From the NCBI GenBank assembly GCA_965232515.1, contig CBDDPY010000002.1, positions 4,064,001 to 4,128,000 on the forward strand: a DNA stretch of 64,000 bases, given 5' to 3'. Positions 49,857 through 59,412 of this stretch are shown piece by piece; within the stretch, counting starts at the first letter, position 1, and every line of letters starts with the position of its first letter. Below the pieces are notes generated by a model. That model was not told the DNA's origin and did no database searches. It saw only the letters and a list, made by a program, of their open reading frames with translations. The DNA comes from Alphaproteobacteria bacterium (GTDB lineage: Bacteria > Pseudomonadota > Alphaproteobacteria > GCA-2731375). The translations under genes were made by a program, and so were the position numbers.

Positions 49857-50693
49857 TCAACCAATCAGCTTGGCGTAGTCGTCCAGCAGGGGGAGCACGG
49901 TGTCGCGATCGGCGGACGGCAATTCAAGCAGGGCGCGGCTGATACCAGCCTCGCGATAGCCGTCGAGGACAGCCGCGTCCGCCGGCGCGCGGAAGACTGT
50001 GACCGAGAGCGTCGACATATCGCGACCGTTCGCTTCCGCCATGTTGCGCAGCCGGGTCATGCCGTCGTTCGGATCGAAGGCATAGTTGGCGCGTGGGAAC
50101 CAGCCGTCGCAGAATTCGACGACCCGCCGCAGCGTATGGTCGGTCTCGCCCCCGAGGACGATCGGCGGATGCGGCTGCTGTGCCGGCTTGGGCCAGGACC
50201 AGATCGGATCGAAATTGACGAACTCGCCGTGGAATTCGGCGTTCTCCTCGGTCCAGATCGCCTTCATGGCTAGGACGTTTTCACGCAACAACTTGAAGCG
50301 GGTTTTGTACTCGGCGCCGTGGTTTTCCATTTCCTCGACATTCCAGCCGCCGCCCATACCGAAAACGAAACGTCCGCCCGACAGCAGATCCAGGCTGGCG
50401 ATCGACTTCGCCGTGACAATGGGGTCACGCTGCGGCACCAGGCAGATGCCGGTGCCGAGCTTCAACGTCGTCGTCACCCGCGCCGCGAACGCCAGCGCCA
50501 CGAACGGATCATGCGTGTGCGAATAGTGCTTCGGCAGATCGCCGCCGCCCGGGAACGGCGTGCGCCGACTGGCCGGTATATGCGTGTGCTCCGGCAGGAA
50601 TAGGGAATCGAAGCCGCGGCTCTCGAGCTCGGGCGCCAGCTCGTCGGTGCGAATGCTGTAGTCCGTGGCAAAGATAAAGACACCGATATCCAT
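49857..50693 (-). CDS. luciferase-like monooxygenase (LLM) class oxidoreductase, F420-dependent-like subfamily
   Basis: GFDSLFLPEHTHIP, DPFVAL, LGTGICL, LDLLSGGR, GWNVEE, PKP.Q.PHPP, DGW.P. Confidence 0.88.
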   Translation of the reverse strand: MDIGVFIFATDYSIRTDELAPELESRGFDSLFLPEHTHIPASRRTPFPGGGDLPKHYSHTHDPFVALAFAARVTTTLKLGTGICLVPQRDPIVTAKSIASLDLLSGGRFVFGMGGGWNVEEMENHGAEYKTRFKLLRENVLAMKAIWTEENAEFHGEFVNFDPIWSWPKPAQQPHPPIVLGGETDHTLRRVVEFCDGWFPRANYAFDPNDGMTRLRNMAEANGRDMSTLSVTVFRAPADAAVLDGYREAGISRALLELPSADRDTVLPLLDDYAKLIG

Positions 50694-50912
50694 GACGGCT
50701 CCTTCTGATCAGATCTGGCGGGCGGGAACGCGCACGCGGCCGAACGATATTAGACCGGAGCACAGGCGGCGCGTCCACGACAACCGGCGCACTCGGGCGC
50801 GGCGCGTCACCGAATTGCCACGCGGAAGTCGGTTGTCGCCGGCGGCGCGATCGGGCGGAATGATCGGGCCTCTACTCCATTGTGTGGCCAGGGGGCAGCG
50901 GCCCGCCTTTGC

Positions 50913-52328
50913 TCAAGCCCGTCGGGCGGGCCGCTCTTTCTCCCCGAGCTCGATCCCCGACCAGTCCTGCAGCCGCAGGCTGCGAACCTGCACCGCCTGT
51001 CCGAACCCTTTGACGTCGTGCATCACTGGTTCCGCAAAGCCCGCCGTCAGTACCCGCGCCGCGTCCGACGCCTCCCGCCGCAGGCCGGTCTCGAAATCGG
51101 CGCTGATAACGATGTCGCAGCCAATCGTGCGGGTCAGGCCTTGTATCCGGCTGGCGAGATTGACGGCGCTGCCGACGGTTACGAACGCCATGTTCCGATC
51201 GTTGCCGATATCGCCCATGACCAGCGATCCGTAGTGCAAGCCGATGCCCATGCCGAGCGGCGGCAGGCCCCGCGCCCGACGGTCGGCATTGAGGTCATCG
51301 AGCGCGGCGAACATGGCCTGTGCACAGCATATGGCATGACAGCAATCGTGCGAGCCCGCCCGCGGCGTGCCGAACGTCGCCATCACGGCGTCGCCGATAT
51401 ACTTCTCCAGCGTCCCGCCAAAGGCGAAGATCTGCCGCTCCATGGCGCCGTGGAACTCGCGCAGGACGGCCAGCACATCGGTCGCCGGAAGATCTTCGGT
51501 CAAGCTGCTGTAATCCCGCAGATCGGCAAACAGGACGGCGGCCGCGATCTGATCGGCGTCGCCCAACGGCACGTCCCGGCTGGCCAGGCTGTCGATGACC
51601 GTCGGCGAGAAATAGCGCGAAAGGTTGCCACGCTGCCGCTCGATGCGGGCGGCCTGCAATGCGACGCGACGCATTCGAGCGACAACGAATGCCGCGCCGA
51701 CGGCGACGATCATGAGTATCACGGCTTCCTGGGACCAACGCTCGAGCTCGAGGTATTCGGGCCGCAGCATGAACAAAAGCTGGTCGAGGTCGGTCATGTC
51801 ATCGTGAAGGTCGACCTCTGTGACGACACCCGGCAGCTGCACCAGATAGCTGACGACCGTTGCCCACGCGATAAGTATGCAGCCCGCGAACCAGACAAGC
51901 GCCCAGGGCGAAAAGTAAAGAATTGAAAACAGCAGCAGCAGGAACCCGTAGACGAACGTCGGCTCCCGCGATACCAGCGCCGGGTACTGGCGGACCATCG
52001 TGTCATCCGGCCAGGGCATGAGCGAGAGCGTCATCAGCATCGTGATGTCGACAGCGATGAAGACGTATTTCGGCCAAGCCCAATCGAGCTTCCGCCAGAC
52101 CATGATGAGTTGACACAGACCCACAGGCGCGAAGGCCAGATGCACCAGCGCGTCCATACGCCGTTCGGCCGGCGAGTCCCCGGGCTCGAAGTCGATCAGA
52201 TAGAACACGATCAAGACGCCGAACCGCAGCATGACCGAGAGCAGCAGCGCCCGACGCGCCTCGGCTTCATAGAGCGCGCGAACGCGCCCCTCGCTTCTCG
52301 ACGCGGTGCGTTTAGGCCAGATCCGCAC
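50913..52328 (-). CDS. membrane-bound class III adenylate/guanylate cyclase
   Basis: About 6 TM; LFADLR, EKYIGDAVMA, GIGLHYG, G.AVNLASR. GTG start at 52328 overlaps the crp stop (ORF track start 52382). Confidence 0.9.
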   Translation of the reverse strand: MRIWPKRTASRSEGRVRALYEAEARRALLLSVMLRFGVLIVFYLIDFEPGDSPAERRMDALVHLAFAPVGLCQLIMVWRKLDWAWPKYVFIAVDITMLMTLSLMPWPDDTMVRQYPALVSREPTFVYGFLLLLFSILYFSPWALVWFAGCILIAWATVVSYLVQLPGVVTEVDLHDDMTDLDQLLFMLRPEYLELERWSQEAVILMIVAVGAAFVVARMRRVALQAARIERQRGNLSRYFSPTVIDSLASRDVPLGDADQIAAAVLFADLRDYSSLTEDLPATDVLAVLREFHGAMERQIFAFGGTLEKYIGDAVMATFGTPRAGSHDCCHAICCAQAMFAALDDLNADRRARGLPPLGMGIGLHYGSLVMGDIGNDRNMAFVTVGSAVNLASRIQGLTRTIGCDIVISADFETGLRREASDAARVLTAGFAEPVMHDVKGFGQAVQVRSLRLQDWSGIELGEKERPARRA

Positions 52329-53046
52329 CGTTCGCCAATCTTTCCAACGCGCGGCGGTCGGTAATGACGACATAGCCGTCATCGATCTCGATGACGCCCC
52401 GCTGACGAAGCCCCTGGAGCCTGCGGTTCACTTTCTCGCGCGAGGCGTCGACCATCTGGCCCAGATCCTGTTGCGACAGCCGCAGCTCGATCCGCACGCC
52501 CGCCGGGACCGGCCGCCCGTAGCTATCGGCCATCAGCAACAGACGTTTGGCAAGGCGGCCCTCGAGATCGAGAAAAGCGGCGTCCTCGATCAGCGCGCTG
52601 GTCCAGCGCAGCCGTTCGCACAGCAACGCCACGATGTGACGGGAGAGGTCAGGGCTCTTGTCCAGCAGCGGTAAAAAGTCGCGCCGCCGCAACAGGACGA
52701 CGTCAAGCGGCCCCTTGGCGACGGCATTCGCGGTGCGGGGCCGGCCGTCGAGCAGGCCGATCTCGCCGAAAATCTCGCCCGGCCCCAGCAGATTGAGCAG
52801 AATTTCCTTGCCCGCCGCCGAAAGTACGGAGATCCGCACTTGGCCGCTGGCCACCGCCAACAGGCCGTCAGCCTCGTCTCCCTTGGAAAACAGCAGTTCG
52901 CCGTTGGCGTAGCGCTTCGACACCGCCAGATCGATGATCCTGCACAGCAGGTCTTCCTCCAGCCCGGCAAACAGGAAGCTGCCGCGCAGCAATGCCGACG
53001 CCGACTGCGCGGCCGCCGGATCGGGCCTTGTATCGCTCGCCAGCAT
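52312..53046 (-). CDS. Crp/Fnr family cyclic-nucleotide-binding regulator
   Basis: cNMP pocket FGEIGLLDGRPRTA; HTH LSQQDLGQMVDASREKVNR; no FNR Cys cluster. Confidence 0.92.
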   Translation of the reverse strand: MLASDTRPDPAAAQSASALLRGSFLFAGLEEDLLCRIIDLAVSKRYANGELLFSKGDEADGLLAVASGQVRISVLSAAGKEILLNLLGPGEIFGEIGLLDGRPRTANAVAKGPLDVVLLRRRDFLPLLDKSPDLSRHIVALLCERLRWTSALIEDAAFLDLEGRLAKRLLLMADSYGRPVPAGVRIELRLSQQDLGQMVDASREKVNRRLQGLRQRGVIEIDDGYVVITDRRALERLANGADLA

Positions 53047-53085
53047 GCACCCATCCAGATAACGGAAACGGCGCGCGTTCGACCG

Positions 53086-53101
53086 TGTTACCCGGGTCAC
53101 A
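53086..53101. promoter_or_regulatory. CRP-type binding site
   Basis: TGTTACCCGGGTCACA matches TGTGA-N6-TCACA with one mismatch; lies between divergent crp and mipA. Confidence 0.75.
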
Positions 53102-53158
53102 TCGCGCGGTCGTCGATCAAGCTTTTCTGCCTTCATCGGGACATGATGGAGACAGCAA

Positions 53159-53989
53159 GTGCAATCAATAGCATCTCAGTGCTCGGCGGCAACAATCTCG
53201 GCGATTCTGCTTTTCGCGGCGGTCATATCGACCCCATCTGCCGGCGCGGCGGACACCATGGCCGAAACAAAGAACGGCGCGGCCGGAAAGGGGTTCTGGC
53301 AGGATTTCGACTTGACGGTCGGCGGCGCGGCGGGCGTGGCGCCCGCATATGAGGGCGCCGACAGCTACGAAGCCGTCGCTTTGCCGTTCTTCGAGCTGAG
53401 CTGGCGCGACAGGATCTTCGTGGGCTTGGACGGCATTCGCGCGCTGAACCCGTTAACCGAGAATATCCGGATCGGACCGCTGCTGAGCTATGACGGCGGC
53501 CGGGACGAAGACGACGACGACGATCTTGACGGCCTCGGCGACGTCGACGGCTCAATCACGCTCGGCGTCGTCGCCGAGGTCGAATTGGGGCCGTATCAGC
53601 TTGGCGCCCGTGTCGAGAAGGCAATCGACGGCCATACCGGTTGGCTGGCGGCGCTGTCGGCAAGCCGCAACTTCCAGCTCTCGGAGCGGCTGAACCTCAG
53701 TCTCGCGCTGGAGACCAGCCTCGCGGACGAGGATTACATGAGTGATTTCTTCGGCATCACCGCGCTGCAGTCGGAGCGGAGCGGGCTTTCGCGGTTCGAC
53801 GCCGATGCCGGTTTCAAGGACGTCGGCGTCAGCCTGAGCCTGAACTATGCCCTGACCGACAATTGGCTGCTTTTCGCGAGCGCCGGCTACGCGCGCCTGG
53901 TTGGCGACGCGGCCGACAGTCCACTCGTCGAGGACCGCGGCTCGGCCGATCAATTCAGCGCCATGGTGGGCGGCGGTTACCGGTTCTAA
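53159..53989 (+). CDS. MipA/OmpV family outer-membrane protein 2
   Basis: PAYEGAD, LDGLGD, YMSDFFGI...QS, GDAADSPLV, terminal YRF; GGAG RBS. Confidence 0.9.
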   Translation: MQSIASQCSAATISAILLFAAVISTPSAGAADTMAETKNGAAGKGFWQDFDLTVGGAAGVAPAYEGADSYEAVALPFFELSWRDRIFVGLDGIRALNPLTENIRIGPLLSYDGGRDEDDDDDLDGLGDVDGSITLGVVAEVELGPYQLGARVEKAIDGHTGWLAALSASRNFQLSERLNLSLALETSLADEDYMSDFFGITALQSERSGLSRFDADAGFKDVGVSLSLNYALTDNWLLFASAGYARLVGDAADSPLVEDRGSADQFSAMVGGGYRF

Positions 53990-54031
53990 GCCGGCCGCCC
54001 GTCCCTAACCGCAACCCAACGGGAGATCGAG

Positions 54032-54229
54032 ATGGAACGGACACCTTTCGAAACGCCCAGGCGCCATCCGCGGCGCGACCTGCTTCGCACGGCGTTGTTG
54101 ACCGCCTTTCTGACCGCCGTGATGACGGGCGCTATCTTGCTTGCGGCGTCGGCCAGCCGGGCCGACGTTGCTTGCGTCGCAGCGCCAACAGACTGCAATG
54201 CAGGGAACAGCGACTCGGTTCGCTACTGA
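54032..54229 (+). CDS. small putative exported peptide
   Basis: GGAG RBS; RRDLL twin-Arg-like motif; hydrophobic helix; SRA cleavage site; 21-aa tail with two Cys. Confidence 0.5.
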   Translation: MERTPFETPRRHPRRDLLRTALLTAFLTAVMTGAILLAASASRADVACVAAPTDCNAGNSDSVRY

Positions 54230-54280
54230 CGGCCGGCCCGTCGTACTGTGACCGCAATGGGTCACTAAGAATTGCAAAAG

Positions 54281-54296
54281 TGTGTCATAGATCACT
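54281..54296. promoter_or_regulatory. second CRP-like site upstream of the histidine kinase
   Basis: TGTGT-CATAGA-TCACT (two mismatches), flanked by other inverted repeats. Confidence 0.4.
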
Positions 54297-54473
54297 ATCT
54301 CGGAGGTATCTCCGGAGATAACATGAAGAGGGTGAAGTATTTCGCTCGCTAGCCGCGGCATAGCGCATGGCGGGGACATTGAGGGCAGCTGCAGGCCATA
54401 GGCCTCGACCCGACGGTCAAGGCACTTCATCGCGCTGGGCCGGACGCGGTGTGTACTGCTGCGTGCGATCGCC

Positions 54474-56399
54474 ATGACCGCCGACCGCGCCGAACGTTCG
54501 AACGGATTACCGGCCTCGCGGCTGACGCGCATCCTCGCGTTCGACAACCCCGATCAGTTCGATAGCGCCATCAATATGGCCGAGGTGCGGCGCGAGCAGA
54601 TGATCTCGCTCAGCCGCCAGTCACCGATCAACGCTGTGGTCTGCATCGGCATCTCGATTGCCGCCGGGGCCGTGCTGTGGAACAACGCGCCGCCGGTCCA
54701 CATCATCGGCTGGATGGTCGTGGTCTGGGGCCTGTCGCTGCTGCTGTTCGACAATTGGCGGCGCTATCGTCAACGGCAGCTGCAAGGCGTCAGCGAACGC
54801 GGACCACGTAAGGCGACGATCTCGTCGCTGCTGCACGGCCTGACCTGGGGCAGCACGATCGTGCTGTTCTTCCCCACCGTGCCGCAGACCCATCAGCTGA
54901 TGCTGGTCATTATCGTGACCGGCATGTCGGCCGGCGCCTCGACAACGCTTGCGGCCATTCCGGCGGCCGCGGCGGCGTTTATCCTGGGCTGCCTGCTGCC
55001 CGGCATCGGCTATTTCTTTGTGCAGGACGATCCGGTCTATCTGGCCATCGCCACAATGGGCCTGATTTTGATGCTGGCGATGCTGATGTCGACGCGCAGC
55101 GTCTATACATCGTTCATCGACAGCATCCGGACCAAGATGGAAAACGCCGCGCTGCTGGCGCAGTTCCAGAACGAACGCAGCGAATGGCTGCAGATCTCGG
55201 ATACTTCGGAAGCATTCGCGCTGTTCGACTCCGATGATCGCCTGTTGCTGTGGAACGAGAACTATCGGCGCATGCTCTCGCTGCCGGAGGCGGCGATGGT
55301 GCGCGGCGCCGAACGCCGGCCGCTGCTCCGCCAAGGCGCCGCGCCGGCCGACGGCAGGAGTCCAGACGACTGGATCGAGACCCAGCTGAAGCTGCACGAG
55401 ACGCCGGGCCAACCCGTGATCGAGCAACTTTCGAACGGACGCTGGCTGCGCAGCAGCGCCCGCCGCACCAAGAACGGCCGGACCGTGTCGATCCACGTCG
55501 ATATCACCGAGCTGAAGGACCGCGAGAACGCCCTGTTGCAGGCGCACCAGGAATTGGCCCGTCGTTCGGCCGAGGTGCAATCGGCCTACGACCAGCTCGA
55601 AGACCAGCACCGCAAACTGGAACAGGCGCGCCAGCACCTGATCGCGGCGCGCGACGAAGCGCTGCGGGCGAATTGGGCCAAGTCCGAGTTCCTGGCCAAC
55701 ATGAGCCACGAGTTGCGCACCCCGCTGAACACCGTGCTGGGTTTCTCGCAAGTGATGGAAAGCGAGATGTTCGGGCCGCTGGGCAACCCCCGATACGCCG
55801 AGTACTCGAAGAACATCTACGACAGCGGCGCCCATCTGTTGGATCTGATCAACGATATTCTCGACCTGTCGAAGGTCGAGGCCGGCAAGCTGGAGCTGTC
55901 GCGGCAACCGGTGCGGATGAACGACCTGATTGCCGCCTGCCGGCCGTTGGTCGTAGGCGAGGCCCAACGCGCCGGCGTGCGTCTGGTGTTCCAGGGCGAC
56001 TGCGAAACCTGGCCGGAGCTGAGCGCTGACGAGACCAAACTCAAGCAGATCCTGCTGAACCTGCTGTCGAACGCCATCAAGTTTACGCCGCGCGACGGCA
56101 GCGTTTCGATGACCACACGGCGCACCACCGACGGTGACTTCGAATTCGCCGTGACGGACACTGGAATCGGCATGCGGCCGGAGGACATTCCCAAGGTGCT
56201 GGAGCCGTTCCAGCGCCTCGAATCCGCCCACAACACCAAGTATCCCGGCACCGGCCTCGGCCTGCCCTTGTCAAAGGCGTTGATCGAGCTGCACGACGGC
56301 AGCCTGCGGATCGAGAGCACGCTCGGCAAGGGCACGACCGTCACGGCCGCCCTGCCGGCGGCGGCGGCGCTTGACGCCAAGGCGCAGCACGAAGCCTGA
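54474..56399 (+). CDS. membrane PAS sensor histidine kinase, PleC/DivJ-like (PdhS-type)
   Basis: About 5 TM, PAS (FALFDSDDRLLLWN), coiled coil, KSEFLANMSHELRTPLN, SGAHLLDLINDILDLSKVEAG, HATPase. Confidence 0.9.
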   Translation: MTADRAERSNGLPASRLTRILAFDNPDQFDSAINMAEVRREQMISLSRQSPINAVVCIGISIAAGAVLWNNAPPVHIIGWMVVVWGLSLLLFDNWRRYRQRQLQGVSERGPRKATISSLLHGLTWGSTIVLFFPTVPQTHQLMLVIIVTGMSAGASTTLAAIPAAAAAFILGCLLPGIGYFFVQDDPVYLAIATMGLILMLAMLMSTRSVYTSFIDSIRTKMENAALLAQFQNERSEWLQISDTSEAFALFDSDDRLLLWNENYRRMLSLPEAAMVRGAERRPLLRQGAAPADGRSPDDWIETQLKLHETPGQPVIEQLSNGRWLRSSARRTKNGRTVSIHVDITELKDRENALLQAHQELARRSAEVQSAYDQLEDQHRKLEQARQHLIAARDEALRANWAKSEFLANMSHELRTPLNTVLGFSQVMESEMFGPLGNPRYAEYSKNIYDSGAHLLDLINDILDLSKVEAGKLELSRQPVRMNDLIAACRPLVVGEAQRAGVRLVFQGDCETWPELSADETKLKQILLNLLSNAIKFTPRDGSVSMTTRRTTDGDFEFAVTDTGIGMRPEDIPKVLEPFQRLESAHNTKYPGTGLGLPLSKALIELHDGSLRIESTLGKGTTVTAALPAAAALDAKAQHEA

Positions 56400-56499
56400 T
56401 AAAACAACGCCGCCGGTCGGTCGGGGCCGACGCCGATACCGATGCCAAATTCAGCAAATGCCGATAGAGTCCTGCCATGAGTCCAGGGGGAGGCAAGAC

Positions 56500-57525
56500 A
56501 TGACGGCGTTCGAACAACGGGTCTTAGGCCGCACCGGCGTCGCCGCCAGCGTATTCGGCATTGGCGGCGTCGGTCTCGGCGAACGGCTGGAACGGATCGA
56601 GGAGGCGACGGCCGTGGCCACGGTGGAAGCCGCCTACGATCAGGGCGTTCGCTATTTCGATACCTCGCCCTGGTACGGGCATGGCCTCAGCGAGCACCGG
56701 ATGGGACACGTACTGCGCAACCGGCCGCGCGAGGACTTCGTGCTGGCGAGCAAGGTCGGCCGCGTCTTCTTCCGGCCCGACGCGCCGCAGTCTTACAGGC
56801 CCGAGGTATGGGCCGGCGGCCTGCCGTTCGACTATCGGTTCGACTACAGCGCCGACGGCATCCGCCGATCCTATGAGGACAGTTTGCAGCGGCTGGGCAT
56901 GAACCGCATCGATCTGCTGCTGGTGCACGATCTTGATCTGCGCTTTCACGAGACCGATGCGCGCATGGACCAGCACATCGCGGACCTCGATGCCGGCGGC
57001 GGCTGGCAGGTTCTGGCCGACATGCGGGACCGTGGGGAAATCCGCGGCATCGGCTTCGGCATCAATTTCACCGGCCTGATCCCGCGTTGGCTCGATCTGT
57101 TCGATCCCGACTTCTTTCTGGTGGCCATGCCCTACACGCTGCTGGACCAGGATGCGTTGGACGAAGACCTGCCGCGCTGCGCCGAGCGCAACGTCGGCAT
57201 CGTCATCGGTTCGGTCTACTCATCGGGAATCCTCGCCACGGGCGTCAGTGACAGCGCGGTCTACCGCTACGGCGCGCCGCCGGCCGAGGTTGTCGAGAAG
57301 GTGCGCGGCATCGAGGCGGTCTGCGTCCGTCATAACGTGCCCATGCGCGCCGCCGCGCTGCAGTTCCCGCTGGGACATGACAGCGTCGCGGCGATCATTC
57401 CAGGGGCGATCTCGCCGGCACAGGTGCTGGAAAACGCCACCCTGATGAAACAGCCGATCCCGGGCGATTTCTGGGCAGAGCTGAAGGCCGGCGGCCTGCT
57501 CCGCGACGACGCGCCGACACCCTAG
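56500..57525 (+). CDS. aldo/keto reductase (D-threo-aldose/L-fucose dehydrogenase-like)
   Basis: Catalytic tetrad in YFDTSPWYG, SKVGR and LLVHD; YTLLDQ; AALQFP. Confidence 0.9.
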   Translation: MTAFEQRVLGRTGVAASVFGIGGVGLGERLERIEEATAVATVEAAYDQGVRYFDTSPWYGHGLSEHRMGHVLRNRPREDFVLASKVGRVFFRPDAPQSYRPEVWAGGLPFDYRFDYSADGIRRSYEDSLQRLGMNRIDLLLVHDLDLRFHETDARMDQHIADLDAGGGWQVLADMRDRGEIRGIGFGINFTGLIPRWLDLFDPDFFLVAMPYTLLDQDALDEDLPRCAERNVGIVIGSVYSSGILATGVSDSAVYRYGAPPAEVVEKVRGIEAVCVRHNVPMRAAALQFPLGHDSVAAIIPGAISPAQVLENATLMKQPIPGDFWAELKAGGLLRDDAPTP

Positions 57526-57551
57526 ACCGGACGGCCGGAGCCAAGCCGCGC

Positions 57552-58586
57552 ATGGCAATTCGACTGACCTATGGCAGCCGCCAGCAATTTCGCCACCGCG
57601 ACCGGGACATCACCATCCGCGGCCAGATCGCACCGCTGACACCGCCGACCCGGCGCGCGGTCTATCGGCTGAACGACGGCCCGGAAACGCCGTTCTATGT
57701 CGAGGCGATCGCCGACGATGGCATCGACTGGGTCAATGGCTACAAGGACTCGCCGGCCGAGCTGCGTTGCCGCGAGCTGGGCGAATTCGCCATCGAGCTG
57801 CCGGTTGAGACCGGCGCCCTGCGCGCGGGCGAGAACCGCGTGGAGATCGACGTCATGGACGCGGCCGAGCAGACAGCCCGCGCCGACATTCTGCTCGTCT
57901 GGGATCCGACGCCGCCGCCTCTGCCGCTCGATCTGCGGGACCTGAGCGGTTTCGACGACATTCAGGCCGTCGGCCAGGTCATCAATGGCGCCTTCGACCT
58001 CGACCGCGATCAGAACCTGATCCGGTCACGCGCGCCCGTCGCGCCGGACGCATTCATCATCCTGGGCGGCATGCATGGCAGTCAGGAAGCGACCTACGCC
58101 GTGCGATTTACCGACTTCACGGGCGTGAAGTGGCTGGGGCTGGCCGATTTCTTCGCTGGCATGGAGGAGGGCACGCCGCCGCGCGGCATCAAGGTCGGCT
58201 GGTCCAGCGCCGGCATGGCGACCTTGAACCCAAACGGCGAGGCCCGCAGTTTCATCGCCTGGGGCGACCATTCGGGCGGCGCCGATGAATGGGTGGTCGT
58301 GACGGACCCGCCGAAGCGCTTTGCCGTCGAGCGCCAGCAACGCTATCGCGTCCGCCACCAGGTGCGGTTTGAAGACGGCGTCACGACGGTGCGGTTCCGA
58401 ATCTGGCCTGAGGGCGCGAGCGAGCCCGACGACTGGCTTGTCGAAGAGTCCGACCGGCTAATTGCCAGCCACCTGCCGCGGCATGAGCGAGCCGCATTTG
58501 GTCTGTTTCAGCATTCCGGAATGCCGATCGAGTGGTCCGATATCCTGGTGACGACCCTTGGGTCGGATCAGGACTTGCAATCGTAG
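57552..58586 (+). CDS. hypothetical beta-rich protein
   Basis: 344-aa ORF with genome-typical codon usage, 26 bp after the AKR; no recognised catalytic motif. Confidence 0.75.
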   Translation: MAIRLTYGSRQQFRHRDRDITIRGQIAPLTPPTRRAVYRLNDGPETPFYVEAIADDGIDWVNGYKDSPAELRCRELGEFAIELPVETGALRAGENRVEIDVMDAAEQTARADILLVWDPTPPPLPLDLRDLSGFDDIQAVGQVINGAFDLDRDQNLIRSRAPVAPDAFIILGGMHGSQEATYAVRFTDFTGVKWLGLADFFAGMEEGTPPRGIKVGWSSAGMATLNPNGEARSFIAWGDHSGGADEWVVVTDPPKRFAVERQQRYRVRHQVRFEDGVTTVRFRIWPEGASEPDDWLVEESDRLIASHLPRHERAAFGLFQHSGMPIEWSDILVTTLGSDQDLQS

Positions 58587-58804
58587 AAGAAACGCACGCG
58601 AGCGAAGCTATCGGGCTCGGTGTCAACCAGCTTGGCCCGGCGCTGGAATTGCCCGCAGTGTTCGCTCGCGGCTACGTCCGGCGGGCTGCTGGGAAACTCG
58701 AAGGCGCGGATGGTCACCTGCGTCTCGTTGCCGTCCACGACCTGTGGTCCGCCGCAGCCCGCAATCAACAGGGTCAAACCGACACATATCAGCGGCTTAC
58801 GCAT
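58568..58804 (-). CDS. small lipoprotein
   Basis: GGGAG RBS; lipobox IAGC; two further Cys (EHC, YDC). Confidence 0.7.
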   Translation of the reverse strand: MRKPLICVGLTLLIAGCGGPQVVDGNETQVTIRAFEFPSSPPDVAASEHCGQFQRRAKLVDTEPDSFARVRFFYDCKS

Positions 58805-59412
58805 CTCGCACTCCCAATCGGTGGCGCCGCGCCGATATTGGCCCGCCCGCGCGGCGCAGACTAGCGCATCGGTACAGCCCTCGCCAATTTTGGATATCAG
58901 TCGCCATTAAGATATCGGGCGACGCCAGACATCAAAATGCCACAGAAATGGTCGTTGCGGATTATCGAGCGGCTGCGGCTCAATGGCATCGCCATTAGCG
59001 CCCCCCTCTTCGCGTTGATGGTGGCGGCCCGTCTGATTGCCCGAACCTTAGCAGGCGGGCCGCCCGAACTTCCTCGGCGCTGCCGGCTGGCCCGGCGGCG
59101 GCGAAGCGATTCGTCCGCTGCCACAATTTCTGCAAATTTCGCGGCTAAAAGAACCCTGTCGGACCAAAAGCCTGGCAGAAATCGCCTGATTTTGGCCAAA
59201 GTCCTCGCCGGCAAATGTTCCGTTTTTTGGGATCAATTACCGAAAAGCGCCGGAACCTGGAAGTAATGCCGAGGAAAACCGATCGGACTGTGTCGAATCT
59301 GCCGCACCCACGGCGAAATTATGGTCGAACTGTGATTTCGGTCACTCCCGAAAAGCCATTTTGCGGCCATCTTATGCGCAAGACAACGGCCATGGTCGTA
59401 GCGAGGGCTCCG

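Noticed and set aside
49857-50693. Evidence of F420 biosynthesis
   Set aside because: Only an LLM-family enzyme is present; there are no cof/fbi genes in the window and the cofactor cannot be inferred.
58897-59266. Overlapping ~105-aa ORFs on both strands
   Set aside because: No clear RBS, atypical composition and no motifs; probably intergenic.
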